From the NCBI RefSeq assembly GCF_009914755.1, contig NC_060940.1: a stretch of 64,000 nt of DNA; one strand, 5' to 3'. The position numbers and the translations under genes were made by a program. This document shows, piece after piece, positions 27,297 through 43,400 of the stretch (position 1 is its first letter; each line of letters starts with the position of its first letter). Origin of the DNA: the human T2T-CHM13v2.0 reference genome, Homo sapiens. A model generated the notes under the pieces. The model saw nothing but the letters and a program-made list of their open reading frames with translations, ran no database searches and was not told the DNA's origin.

Positions 27297-28544
27297 TAGT
27301 TAGTAATTTTCATAGTATAAGTTTTTCACATCTTTTGCCAGATTTATCTCTAAGTATTTAATATTTTTGATGTTATTGTGAATGGTATTGTTTATTAATT
27401 TCAATTTCTGGTTGTTTATTGGCATCATATAGATATATAATAGGTTTTTGTATCTTGAGATTGTATCCTGCAACTTCACTAAACTCAATTATTGGTTCTA
27501 GTAGCTTATTTGTTGCTTCTATCAGATATTCTGCATAGATGACCACATCATCTGTGAAGAAAGAGAGTTTTACTTCTTTCCTATCTGAATGCCACTTTTT
27601 TCTTTGCACTACTGCACTGGTTAGAACCTTTAGTACAATGTTGAATAGAAGCAGTGATAGTGAACATACTTGCCTTGTTCTTATCCTCAGAGGAAAGCAC
27701 TTATTCTTTCATTATGATGTTTGCTATAGGTTATTTGAAGATGCTACATAGTTGAAAATGTTCTCTTCAGGTTCTACATTGCTGAAAATTTTTATTAGAA
27801 ACGAATGTTGTTAAATATTTGCAAACGAGTTTTTTGCATCTATTGAGATAATTTTTTTTTCTTTTTTAGTTTGTGAATTTGGTAAACTACTTGATTTGTT
27901 TTTGAATGTTAAACCAACCTTGCATTTCTGGGATGAAGCACTACTCATCATAATGTATTATCCTTTTTACGTATTGTGGGATTCAATGTGCTAATATTTT
28001 GTTTTGCAGTTTTACATGTATAGTCATGAAGAATATCCATCTGCAGCCTTCTTTTCCTGTAATATCTTTGTCTGATTTTAATGGTAGGGTGATAGTGGTC
28101 TTATAGAGTCAGCTGGGGAGTATTCTTCCCTGTCCTATTTTCTGGATGACTTTATACAGAATTGGAACTTGCCAAGTATGTGAGCTTGGGGAACATGCAT
28201 CTGCAAAATTGAGGAATAACAATGCAGTAGTGCCTACATCACAAAATTGTTGTGAGAATTAAATGAGATGATGTATACATTCAATAACTTTTACGTGTTA
28301 TAATTATTACCATAAGCCAGTGTCTCCGAGACAAGACTAAACTGGAGAATGGGATAGAAAAGGGCCTCAAGGAAGGGTATGGACTGTTTTTCTCTCCAGA
28401 TATGGTCTCACTTGGGCCTTCATGTGCCTTACTCCTTAAGGTCATTGGAAAGACAAAAACTGGCCCCCCTACTTAATCTCTGCCCACATTAATTAACTTC
28501 TGCTAGCCTTGTTTTCTTCATTCACAAGGAAGGGATATTATTAA

Positions 28545-28780
28545 TAGCAAATATTTGTTGGGCACTTTCTAGATGCCAGACACTGTCCTGAGCACTATCC
28601 ATGTGTCATCACTTAATCTTCACGGCAGCTTATGAGGTAGGTACTATTATGATCCCCAATTTTGGTGATGGGAAACTGAGGCAGAGAGCTGTTAGTAACA
28701 TTTAAAGTCACACAGCTAATAAATGGCAGAACTGGGATATGAACCCAGGCAGTTCGGCTCTAGAGTGCACTTTCTTACCC
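28545..28780 (-). mobile_element. MIR
   Basis: gatgggaaactgaggcagagag...gtcacacagctaataaatggcagaactggga. Confidence 0.85.
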
Positions 28781-29097
28781 TTTCTCTCTTCTTACCTTAT
28801 AGATGTTGTTGTCATTGGTGGTGGTGGTGGTGGTGTGTGTGCATGTTGATTGAGATAACCTGGAACACATGAAAGATGTCAATAAATGTCACTTTACTTT
28901 CCACAAGTTCTACAAAACTCTGGAAGGAATAGCACACTGATTATTTTGTCTTCTCTCAACTTCCATCCCCATGCCAGCCCCAATCCAGGGCTGACTCCAA
29001 TTAGAAGAGGCTCTGTTTCAGCAGACAGGATAAGCTGTAGTCCCAGAAGAACCCTGACTCTCAGGGTAGAGTGCAATGCCAAGGCCCCCTGGCCCTT

Positions 29098-29259
29098 TGC
29101 TACTCAAAGTGTGGTCCTGGGACCAGCAGCATTAGTATCATCTGGGAGCTTGTTAGAAATGCATGATCTCAGGCTTCACTATGACCTACTGCACCAGAAT
29201 TTGTATTTTAACAAGACCCCAGGTGATTTGTGTGCACATTAAAGTCTAGGAATCACTGC
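29098..29259. mobile_element. MER5A
   Basis: ctcaaagtgtggtcctgggaccagcagcattagtatcatctgggagcttgttagaaatgca...taaagtctaggaatcactg. Confidence 0.88.
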
Positions 29260-29329
29260 CCAAAATCAATACTTTTTCTGCTTGATCCTTCCAAGCGGTC
29301 ACTCATTTGCTGAGGTGATGGGAGTTCAC

Positions 29330-29955
<626 letters not shown>

Positions 29956-30409
29956 CTAAAAATGACTTCTAAAGAGTGCAGCTTCTCAAATAAATCAAGT
30001 ATGTATTGTACATGACAGTCTTTTGAAAGTTCAGAGGTTTTTGCAAAGCATGCAAGATTTTCCATTACTTGGTTGTCTCTACTGTCAGCTACACTCAACC
30101 ACAAATATTTAATTGCTGTTTCATCTTCTGTACTTTGGCATGTATCTGTTCTCTTTGCTTTGACTATCCATTCCCCTTCATCCGTCTAGCTAGCTTTGAT
30201 TCATCCTTCAAGATGCAAACCAAATTTCACCTCCTCTGTGAATATTTTCTGGTTTCCCTCCATTACAGTTGCCCACTAGTGCAATTCTCCACCCTGGGCC
30301 ATGTTGTGCTGGAATCATTTGTTTATATCATTGTTTCCCCTATAAATGCTCAGACGTCAGGGACCAAGTCTTATTCCTAACATCTAGGAAGTGTTAGGCA
30401 CAGAGTAGA

Positions 30410-31020
30410 TGCACTCACTAACTATTGCAGCATAACCAATCACTCCACAACTTAGCAGCTTGAAACAGCAAACATTTATTGTCTCAGTTTCTGTGGGTTA
30501 GGAATTTGGGCATGGCTTTCCTGTGTATCTCTGGCTTGAGGTTGCTTACCAGGTTGCAGTCAGACCTCAAAGTCTCTTACCAGGTTGCAGTCAGAGTACA
30601 TGCTGGAGCTGTGGTCTCATGTGAAGTCTCAGCTGGGGAGAATCTGCTTCTAGGCTCCCTCCCATGGTTTTTGGAAGGTTTCAGTTATTTGTAGGCTGTT
30701 GGAGCTAAGGGTCTAGGGTCTCGGTTTCTTGCTGACTGCTGGCCAGAGGACTTCCTCAGTTCTTTGTCACTGGGATCCTTGGACAGCTCACAACATGGCA
30801 GCTGGCTTCCCTTGGAGTGAGAGTGAGAGAGTGCTCCAGACGGAAGATGCCATCTCTTTGTAATCTAATTCCAGAAGTGACATCTCTCCTCTTCTGCATT
30901 CTGCTTGCTAGAAGTCGGCCACTAAATAAAGCCCACACACAAGCGGGGAGGGAATTACACAAGAGTGGGGCTACCAGGAGGCAGGGAGTATTGAGGTCAT
31001 CCAAGAAGCTGCGTACCGAA
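30410..31020 (-). mobile_element. MLT1F-like MaLR solo LTR
   Basis: tattgcagcataaccaatcactccacaacttagcagcttgaaacagcaaacatttatt...cacaacatggcagctggcttccc. Confidence 0.75.
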
Positions 31021-31244
31021 ATGCCCTGCTTGTAGTTATGTGCTGTGGTTACTCAGCCTTGGGATTCAGATTGCCCAGGTTCAAATCTTAGTCCTGTCAC
31101 TCTGTGAAAGTTTACTTACCTGTAATGGGCATCAAGGGCTTCTTGACCCATAGAATTGATATGGGGACTGTGTTTAACAGAATGCCTGCTTGCCTCTAAA
31201 AAGGTGACCTATGATTAATGTTGTTTTAAGAAATGATGATGATG

Positions 31245-31525
31245 ATTTTTTTTTTTTTGAGATAGGTTCTCTCTCTGTCACCCAGGCTGGGGTGCAGTGC
31301 CATGAACATGACTCACTGCAGCCTGGACCTTCTGGACTTAAGTGGCCTCCTGAGTAGCTGGGACCACACGTGAATGCCACCATGCTTGGGTAATTTTTAA
31401 AATTTTTGTAAAGAGAGGGTCTCACCATGTTGCCCAGGCTGATCTTGAACTCCTGGGCTCAAGGAATCCTCCTGCCTTGGGCTCCCTAAGAGTTGGGATT
31501 ACAGGTGTGAGCCACCGTGTCTGGC
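31245..31525 (-). mobile_element. AluJ-type SINE
   Basis: Antisense dimer with a small internal deletion. Confidence 0.88.
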
Positions 31526-32073
31526 CAAAGTAATGATTATTGAATGTATCATAGGTATCTAGGTAAGAGAGTGACCATACGAAAAAATGGAAGAAGCATG
31601 ACTGGTTATATGCTCAGTTCTCTGAATCACCCCCTCCGACTCAAGTTCCTCATTTCTAGATTTTTTCCTTCCTATAAATTAGCTTGATCTTTCCCTGGTA
31701 TGACTCCTACAACTCTGCCCCGGCCTCCAAGTCTAAGTGAGCTCTCCCTATTGTGCTCAAATCCTGTCCTTTTCCCACACCAGATCATTTTAACCCTTGC
31801 CATTCTTCAAGCCAACAATTCTCCCAACAATTTATTTCTTCCGCTCCCACCACTCCAGTGCTCAGTCAGTGAGTGATTCTGGGAAGAGTGGTCTGGCTGG
31901 GTTGGATGGCCAGGTCTATTTCAAGTTCATCTCAGCTGTCTGGTCATTTTTTATTTAAAAAAAAAAAAAGCTTTGGGAAGTAGTCTATTTAAACACACGT
32001 AAGCAGCTGTTCCTCCCTTTCCACCTGCTTTCATCCCTTTCTCAGCAGATGGGATCATCATCTATTTTATTGA

Positions 32074-32403
<330 letters not shown>

Positions 32404-32649
32404 AATACCCCCAAGTTTACTGACCTCTTAACTATGTTAGATGCCAATCTAAGCCCCTTTAATGGATTATCTCCATTGTCACAATAACTCCTACGAAGAT
32501 AGTACTGGGACTATCCTATTTTACATATAAGGAAAGTTAGGCTCAGAGATATGGAATGATTGACAAATGTCCAACAGTAGAGCTGAGATGTGAATCCATG
32601 TTAACCTGATCCCCAAATTGAAGCTCTTACCCACTTTTACTGAAAAGCC

Positions 32650-33480
32650 GTTTGGATTCTTTAGTCCACCTACTTTCTATCTCTGCTTAATGGGCTGCAA
32701 GATGCCCATTTCACTGAACTTGTTTCTCCTAAGGACCTGCAGGCTGCTTTGCTGAATGCTCCTCCTCCGCCTTGATCCTGCTTTGGCATTCCAAACTGCT
32801 GGGTTTGTGATCCTTTTTGGATCTCTTCACTAGTTTATGGGGCTCTGCATGCTCTTGGCTCTCCAACAACCACTAGAACTTCTTACTGACCGGCTGTTTT
32901 CATTCCATCCCTTAAATGTCAGCATGTTCTGAGGTTCTGTCTCAGCCTTCCTTGCAGGCTACACATTCTCCCTGGGTGACCTCATGTCCTCTCGTAGCTC
33001 CAGAATCGTTGCTTCTTAAATAATCTCTCTGTTAATTTTTTAGTCCCTGCTTTTATTTGAAGCTTCTGATCTGCCTTTCTAACCAGTGGGTGTTCTGGGA
33101 GTGCTTCAAAATCAGCTTGACTCAACTCAATGTCATCTTTCCCGAAATACTCTCTTCACCCGTGTTCCTTAGCCTAGTAGTAAAAACAGTCTACCCAGTC
33201 TGGACTTTAGTTAACAAATTCTGTTTATTTCTCCAAAGCAGTACCAGCGATTATTCCTCTGGAAAGACCTCTGTCTCAGCTCAATTTTCCTCTACCATTT
33301 GACTGGACTATTGCAATAATTTCCTAAGGGTCTCTCTGTCTTCAGAATCCTCACTGCTATCCATCTCCAAAGACATAGACCTATTTATGTTATTTGGCAT
33401 CTTGAATTTTTCCTGCTATATATTTCATAAATACCAGATTTCTTGGACTAGCATTCCATGACCTTCTCATATTGCCCACA
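32650..33480 (+). mobile_element. Degraded L2
   Basis: ctccctgggtgacctcat...tggactattgcaataatttcctaagggtctctctg L2-like motifs. Confidence 0.5.
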
Positions 33481-33522
33481 CTGACTTTGCTAAGTTTATT
33501 TAATTATTAAAAGTACTATGTG

Positions 33523-33883
<361 letters not shown>

Positions 33884-34214
33884 TTACAACCATACAGCAT
33901 CTGAAATTTCTACTTTAAGTGGTAGATATAATGGATCACAGTGATAGATTCTCCTGCATCAGCCTCCCAAGTAGCTGGAATTACAGGTGCCCACCATGAT
34001 GCCCAGCTATGATGTTAAGCCATTCTTGTGCTCCTAATATAAGTGTATTATTCTTTTGATGAACTGATGAGCTTAATTTTCTAATATTTATTTACAAATG
34101 TGTATCTGTATTCATAAATGAATTTGTCTGTGGCTTTCTGTTTTTGTGCTTTCTTCATCAGGCTTAACTAATAAGGTGATTCTAATTTCATAAAAGTAGT
34201 AATATCAAATATGT

Positions 34215-34450
34215 ATGCATGTGGGCCTTAATAGGCACCAGACACTGTTCTAAGCAGTTGATAGTTATAAACTCACTTAATCTTCACAACAATCTCCATG
34301 AAGTAGAGTTTCCTCGTCATTTAACAGAGAAGGGAGTGGAGAAAGGAAGAGAATAAATAACTTGCCCAAGGTCACACAGCCAGTAAGTATTATAGCCATG
34401 ACTTGAACAAGGCAGAATGGTTCTAAGAGCTTTGTGCAAAGTGCTTTGCT
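34215..34450 (-). mobile_element. MIR within degraded L1M sequence
   Basis: aaataacttgcccaaggtcacacagccagtaagt. Confidence 0.8.
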
Positions 34451-34798
34451 AACTTCTTCGAAGTCATAGTCAACTTGGGGAGTTTCATTTTTTTCTGTAG
34501 TCTAAGATACTTTAATAATATAGGAAGAATTATCTTTTTTTTAAGGCTTGGTAAACTTGGATGTAAATCTATGCAAGTGTGGTGATTTTTAAAATGGTAG
34601 ATCTTGACCTTTCCAATCGTTCATGTTATTGATCTGTTTAGGTTTTCTTCTTCTTTGGTCAATTACTTAAGTTTTAATTTTGTTAGACTTTCTTCAATTT
34701 CCCTTTGATATTTAAATCTGTTGCCATGGCCTTGCACAGATTTGAAGATATTGCTCCATTGTTTTCCAGTTAATATTTGTTGTTAATTAAAAATGTGA

Positions 34799-35680
<882 letters not shown>

Positions 35681-35718
35681 CAGAAATAGGGCTTTATAGA
35701 CAGGGAGTCACACTCTCT

Positions 35719-36047
<329 letters not shown>

Positions 36048-36639
36048 TAATCTCCATTACTTTCTAGGGCAAATGATACAAACTTGGTCTTCTCTTCAGG
36101 GCTCATGCAGTTATTTCCCTAATCAACTTATCCCATAAATCACATGACCTATTTCAGAGACCAAATAATTACAAATAAAAGATTCCCCCCAAACCATAGA
36201 TTCTTGTTGGCAATGAGCATCAGTTGAGCTCAGATTCAGTAAAAAGTAAAAATGAAAAAAGATCCATAGCTATAGATTTCTGTTAGCCTTTTTTCTATGG
36301 TTTTTGGTAACGACTGTCCAAAATACCAATAATGTAAGTATAAACCCTTCCCAATGCAAAAAGACCAGTCTTTTTTGTTTCGAAAGCCAATTTCTACCTG
36401 GTGGGATTTTTTTTTTTTTAAACAAAATCTAAAGTCTTCTTCTCTTTTAAATATTTCTGACTTGGAAAACTGGTAGGTAGAATAGCTGCTGGCAGCCCAA
36501 ATGCTCAAAATCACTTCTTCATTCTTTCAATGGTTGCTTTGTTCATTTAAAACACTAACAACCACTGCAAACCATGATGGAGTGCCCACTGTGTTCCATG
36601 TGCTGAGGTTACAGAAATGATGAAGCCTGAAGGCCTTGA

Positions 36640-37075
36640 AATGCCTATAATCATGCATGACTTCCCCCTCCACCTTTCTCTCTCCCACTGCCTTCCTTTG
36701 GAGCTATTATACATTGGTCTCCTCTGAGTTCCTTAAAGCATCTAGATCCCTTTTGCCCAAGGCCTCTGCATGGAGAAGTTCTATTTTCTTGAAAAGCCTT
36801 TTCCTTTCTTCTGCCATCCAGGCCTCTTTCTTAGGAAAGCCTTCCCTGAGCCTCCAGTACCCGTACACCTTACTCACTGGGCACCCTGTACTTCTCCTTC
36901 CAGGCATGTAGCTCAAATGTAATTAACAATGTAAATAACTTTGGTTTATTGTGTGTTCCCTCCTGAACCCAAGTTTCATGCAAGCAGAGGCCATTATGTC
37001 TTTTTTGCTACCGTATCTCCAGTGCTTAGCACAGGGCAGACCATTGGTGCTCAATAAATGCTTGACAGGGAAGGA
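36640..37075 (+). mobile_element. L2 3' end
   Basis: gtatctccagtgcttagcacagggcagaccattggtgctcaataaatgcttga. Confidence 0.7.
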
Positions 37076-37638
37076 ATGTGGACAGTTTCCCTACCCTTGG
37101 GATGTCCCCAATCCGGTGGGTTTGCTCGTCACCACCTGAGTGACTGTAGATACTTTACCGCCTTCTCTGTGCCTCAGTTTCCCCTTCTGTGAAAGGGATG
37201 ATAACAGTACTGGTCATAGAGTTGTGGTGAGAATTCAATGAAATAATGCACGTGAGGTTCTTAGAAAGTGTGTCATGCATAGGAAGTGCAGTGTTCAACC
37301 AATCTTAGTAATTATGATGATGATGGCAAATACACAGAGTTCTGTACATCTGTGAGGAGGAAGCGATCTGAGTCAACTTTGGGTTGGGTTTCAGAGGATT
37401 CACTAACAAATACACATCCAAAAATCTGAAATTAGAAATGCTCCAAAATCCAAAACTTTTGGAGCACCAACATGATGCCACGAGTGGAAAATTCCACACC
37501 TGACCTCAGCGGATGGGAGCACAAAATTACTAAAAATATTGCATAAAATTACAATAAAATATTGTATAAAATTTAAATATTGTATATTTTATCTGATATA
37601 CAATTGTATCAGGTGTGTATATAAAACAGATTAATTTC

Positions 37639-38441
37639 TTTTTTTTTATTTTATTTTATTTTTTTTTTAATTTTTTTTATTATACTCTAAGTTTTAGGGT
37701 ACATGTGCACATTGTGCAGGTTAGTTACATATGTATACATGTGCCATGCTGGTGCGCTGCACCCACTAATGTGTCATCTAGCATTAGGTATATCTCCCAA
37801 TGCTATCCCTCCCCCCTCCCCCGACCCCACCACAGTCCCCAGAGTGTGATATTCCCCTTCCTGTGTCCATGTGATCTCATTGTTCAATTCCCACCTATGA
37901 GTGAGAATATGCGGTGTTTGGTTTTTTGTTCTTGCGATAGTTTACTGAGAATGATGGTTTCCAATTTCATCCATGTCCCTACAAAGGATATGAACTCATC
38001 ATTTTTTATGGCTGCATAGTATTCCATGGTGTATATGTGCCACATTTTCTTAATCCAGTCTATCATTGTTGGACATTTGGGTTGGTTCCAAGTCTTTGCT
38101 ATTGTGAATAGTGCCGCAATAAACATACGTGTGCATGTGTCTTTATAGCAGCATGATTTATAGTCCTTTGGGTATATACCCAGTAATGGGATGGCTGGGT
38201 CAAATGGTATTTCTAGTTCTAGATCCCTGAGGAATCGCCACACTGACTTCCACAATGGTTGAATTAGTTTACAGTCCCACCAACAGTGTAAAAGTTTTCC
38301 TATTTCTCCACATCCTCTCCAGCACCTGTTGTTTCCTGACTTTTTAATGATTGCCATTCTAACTGGTGTGAGATGATATCTCATAGTGGTTTTGATTTGC
38401 ATTTCTCTGATGGCCAGTGATGATGAGCATTTCTTCATGTG
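37639..38441 (-). mobile_element. L1HS-Ta (Ta-0 type), 5'-truncated, ~760 bp plus A tail, 17-bp TSD
   Basis: Sense GATGAC-ACA-TTAGTGG (37770-37772) and CTTA-G-AGTATAA (37687); CCCAAAGGACTAT Ta-0 state; TSD taaaacagattaatttc at 37622-37638 and 38442-38458. Confidence 0.95.
37884..38438 (-). pseudogene. C-terminal fragment of L1 ORF2p (cysteine-rich domain), promoterless
   Basis: [18 protein letters not shown] ... [13 protein letters not shown] matches the ORF2p C-terminus. Confidence 0.93.
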
Positions 38442-40494
38442 TAAAACAGATTAATTTCATGTTGAGACTTGGGTCCCATTTCCAAGGTATCTTAGTAGGC
38501 ATATGCAAATGTTTCAAAATCTGAATTATCTAGAATTGGAAACAGTTCTGGTCCTAAGCATTTCGGTTGGATATTCAACCTGAAACATTGGACTGGGTGG
38601 TCAGGGGAAGGCAGCTTTGAGGAGAGGACTTTTGGGCTGAGACCTGAGTGGCAAGAAGGAAGGAGCCATGGGTAGGGCTTGGGGATGAGCCTCCCAGGAA
38701 GAGAGGACAGGAGGTGCCGTGGACTTTATGAGGAACCATGTTGGGTTTGCTCAAGGAGTGGCAAGGAGGCCAGGGTGGCTGGAGCAGCGCAAGCGAAGGG
38801 GAGAGTGGCAGGAGAGGAGGTCAGGTCAGGTCATTCAAGATCCTTTAGGTCATGGCAAAGAGTTGGGATCTTATATTGGAGTTTTAAGAAGCGGCATAAC
38901 ACAATCCAATTTTAAAAGGGTCACTCTGATCACTCTATGAAGACTGCACTGCGGGGACAGACTTGGAAATGTGAACAGAATGTGCCAGCCAGAGAATGGC
39001 ATTTCAGGGGGAGAAAATGGCATAGTCAAAGCCCCTGAGCTGGGAATCAACATAGCTTGTTTTGGGGGACTGAGAAATTTCAGGGGGGCAGGAGCTTAGT
39101 GTGCCTAGAGGAAGATGTGTCTACAAATGTGACCCAGTCCTGCATTGCAATAGGCCTGAAGGACATTCCAAGGTGTTTGAATGCAATCGTGGAGAAAAAG
39201 ATAGAGATTCTGGCAAAGTATTTAAGCAGGGGATTTATAAGGAGTATCAGTTGCTCAAGATCCAAGCAGAAAAACATAAACCTCCCTAGATACTTCTAAC
39301 AGAGGCCATTTAAGGGAAGGAATTAGCTACACAGGTGAAGGAAGAGCGGAGAAACCAACCAGGGCATGTGAAGCAACTCATAGATTATTATCACCAGTAG
39401 GAAGCCAGTACCACCGTTTGGGCTGGGGGAATGCTGAGGGAGGAGGTGGTGTTAGTAGAATCTAGGAGCTGGGGCTGGTCAGTGGGATTAGATTCACTTG
39501 GGGACTGTCTGGAAGGAGCCATTATAAACTAGATATATGATGAGGGCTGTCCAGTAGGCATTAGTAGGAACTAGAACTGCAGTGGGGACTGTCCAGTTGA
39601 GCTTAAACCTTGGGAAAGATGCAGCAGCTTCCAGAGTCACTGCCTGGTGCACTGAGGCTGGGAGATAAATGCCCTGACTTCTTCCTTTCCCACCGTGACT
39701 CTCCCACCCATGCCTCCCACTGGCCAAACCCGGCCATAAGTCAGAGATCAGGAAGCTGGAGAAACCCAGCTCGCAGGAGAAGGACAAGCATAGGTCTGTA
39801 AGCAGCAGGACATGGCTGGCCCATAGGACCAGGTCTGTTTTCTAGGGAGATCCCAGTACTGACTGTGTGGGAAGGGCTGGCTGGCCTCAAGGAGTCAAAC
39901 TGATTTTGAAGGATCCATAACGAGAATAGGGCATAAGCTCTACCATGAACTTGGGCAAAGGCAGTGGAGATGGAGAGGAGGGGTGGATTGAAAAGACCTG
40001 CCTAAGTCTAGGTGACCACCTGAATGTAGAGAGGGAGAGGGAGGAAAGAGAGCAGGTGTTGGATGTTTCATGTTTGGGCAGCTGCACAGAATCCAGGTGC
40101 AGAGTGGGAGGAATGATGAGTAAAGAACTCCATTTCAATGTTCTAAGTTTGAGGTTCCTACAGGTCACCCACATGAAGGGGAAGCCCTTGTGCTTCTCTT
40201 CAGACCTCTGCTTATTGATGATGAGTAATAGTAGATAACATTAATTAATGTTTATTATGTGCCAGACATGGCTCTAAGCACTTTATGTGTAGTAACTAAT
40301 TTAATCTTTACAATACCCTTATGAGGTTGATAATATTGCTTCCCCCATTTTACTCATGGGGCAACTGAGACACAAAGGGATGGTGATGCCTGACTACACT
40401 TACCTAGCTTGTAAGGGTGATGATTTAAACCCAGGCAACCTGGATTCAGCCTCCTAGTGCTGTTGTGAGAATTAATTGAGATAATGTAGATCAC

Positions 40495-40797
<303 letters not shown>

Positions 40798-41549
40798 CCA
40801 CTTGTTTTTGTTTTAATATTATTATTGGAATATGTTAGTGTTTGCGAGAATTTTTGGCTCATACAACTTGACATTTAAGATCGTGTTAACATCACCCTGA
40901 GAGAGGAAGAGGATGTGAGGATGGAAATAACAGTATTAAAAGTTTAATAGACTTGAATTGAAATATGGCTACCTTTCTTGACATCTTGGTGATCTGGACA
41001 AGTTGACTTGAACTCTTTGAGCCTTAGTTTATTTATTGGTTAAAGATGGCACAATAACACCTCACTTGGATGTTGGGAGGGTTTAGCAAGGTTAAGTATG
41101 TGCAGCGCCTAGCTTGGTGCATGGTACATAGTAGGTGGGCAGCAATGTAAAGGTCTCCTTTCCTGGGGAATCTCCTGGTTTAATGGAGCAAGGGAATATG
41201 GGGTCTAATCCAGCCTCACTAGGGACTTGTCTTTGGTGAGTCCCTCCTACACTTGATCTTGGTTCCTCAACATCAAAAGAGTTGGACGGATCTCCAAGGC
41301 TCCAGCTCTGGAAGCCCAGTAAGTAACCTGTGATTTCATGTCCCCAAGATTCCATGCTGTGAAGTGGAACTATAACGTCAACCTCCAAAGCAGACTGAGT
41401 GCTGGGGGCCAGGTAGAGGACACATGGTCTTTGGGGATAGTGTTTTGTCCTCTGAGGGCATGGATTTGACATCATGAGAGCATTCTGAATCTACTCAAGG
41501 CGAAGGAAGAAGGCTTGGGGCAGGATCAGCGAGGGGATAACATCTGTAG

Positions 41550-41859
<310 letters not shown>

Positions 41860-41964
41860 TAGGAGTTTTAAGCATTTTTGAGAAGAGTGTTCTGTTTATA
41901 AAATGCCCTATTAATACTCTGTTAATTTGGGCATGGGCCAATAGATCAAATTCCTTTTGCTTTC

Positions 41965-42450
41965 CTTTATTTGCTCATGGAAAAATGATTGAGGACCTAT
42001 TATGTGCCATGCAGAGCAAAAGGGGCTGCAGCTACAGCAGCAAACAGGAGTCCTCCTGGATCTTATAGTCTAGTAGGAGAACCAATGAACAAATCAACAC
42101 ATAAGACAATTTAGCTTGACAAGAAGTGTTATGCAGAAAATGAAACAGAGGCAAGGAATTGTGGTCGGGAAGGAGCGGTCAGGGAGGCCTTTCTGAGAAG
42201 GTAACGTCTGAGCTGAGACCTGAACAGTGAGGGGAAGAGAATTCCAGGCAGAGGGAACAGCAAGAGCTAAAACCCCAAGGCAGAATAAGCTGCAAGCCTG
42301 TGATGAAACGGGAGTGAGTAGGAGCCAGATTCTTGACGTCTCCTAAGTAGAGTTTTGCTTTTATTCCAGGTGTACTCATCGCCATTGGAATGCTTTTAGC
42401 ATGGAAGGGGCAGTCTAGGTTGAGACTTCATTTACGTTTTAAGAGTGCTC
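41965..42450 (-). mobile_element. L2 fragment
   Basis: attgaggacctattatgtgcc...ggtcagggaggcctttctgagaaggtaacgtctgagctgagacctgaa. Confidence 0.75.
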
Positions 42451-43026
42451 AGAAATCTTCGGAAGCTGTTTTCTCTGCTGACTTAGGAGAATTAATTAGC
42501 TAATATCTGCACAACACTTGATAACCTTGGAGGAACAGAGATACATTATGATTATTTCCCCATTGAGATTCTCTAAATGGAGGTCTGAATACCTGGGATT
42601 CTCACCCTTAGGAGACTGAATGAGAAATGGCACACCGTTCCCTGCTAAAGAAAACATTTCTTTCTCCTGCCCTGCAGGGAAATCTCACTTCCATTTTTAC
42701 GAGGCCAAAAAGGGACTTGAAAACAGGGCCAGTTCTGACTCTGTAATTAATTTCAAAGAAAGTCTTTTACCTTTACTGCCTATAAAGATATACAAAATAA
42801 TTTTTATTTAGGTAAACCCTTTCTCTAGAGAGCTCACACAAGGAGTTTGATCTTCTCACCTTGCTGTGAAGTAGGCAGGAAACTTACTACCTTTTAATTT
42901 TTACTTTTAAAACAGGCAGAAGAATTACACAAAAGGGTTTCCGGCAACCTAGGGAAATCCAGCTCTCGGTAGCTCCACCCTTCACTGTATCCCAGATCCT
43001 TGTCCCTGACTCCATTTCATTTCTTT

Positions 43027-43069
43027 ATTTTATTTTATTATTATTATACTTTAAGTTTTAGGGTACATG
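43027..43069 (-). mobile_element. Ultra-short L1PA 3'-terminal insertion with 20-bp TSD
   Basis: ttattatactttaagttttagggtacatg plus tail; TSD tgactccatttcatttcttt at 43007-43026 and 43070-43089. Confidence 0.9.
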
Positions 43070-43149
43070 TGACTCCATTTCATTTCTTTTGAGAATTTGG
43101 ATTTTTGCTGATTTTCATCCAGTTAATCTCTCTCCCTGCCTTTTCCTAA

Positions 43150-43400
43150 TAACAGCTAAAGCTGATGGTGCTCTTACCCTAAGCCACACACGCTGCATGC
43201 ATCATCTCATTTAATTGAAAATTTACGGAGGTAAATTTTGTTGATACCACCAATGTCACAGATGCGGAAACTGAGGCTCACAGGAGCCAAGCAACATCCT
43301 GAAATCACGTTGTTTGCAAGAGTCAGGGTTGGGGCTTGGACCCAGGCAATTTGATGCCAGAGTGCACATGCTGAAACATTACCATGTATTGCATCCTTAG
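43150..43400 (-). mobile_element. MIR
   Basis: acagatgcggaaactgaggctcacagg...ttggacccaggcaatttgatgccagag. Confidence 0.7.

Larger units (their letters stand above)
37410..38582. mobile_element. Tigger4/MER46 (Zombi) non-autonomous element split by L1HS
   Basis: aaatgctccaaaatccaaaacttttggagcaccaacatgatgccacgagtggaaaattccacacctgacctc on the left; agacttgggtccc...ggatattcaacctg on the right. Confidence 0.8.

Noticed and set aside
37884-38438. 184-aa ORF as a functional gene
   Set aside because: It is the C-terminal remnant of L1 ORF2p in a 5'-truncated, promoterless copy.
39250-39800. Possible ancient LTR
   Set aside because: LTR-like texture, but I could not fix the family, termini or TSD.
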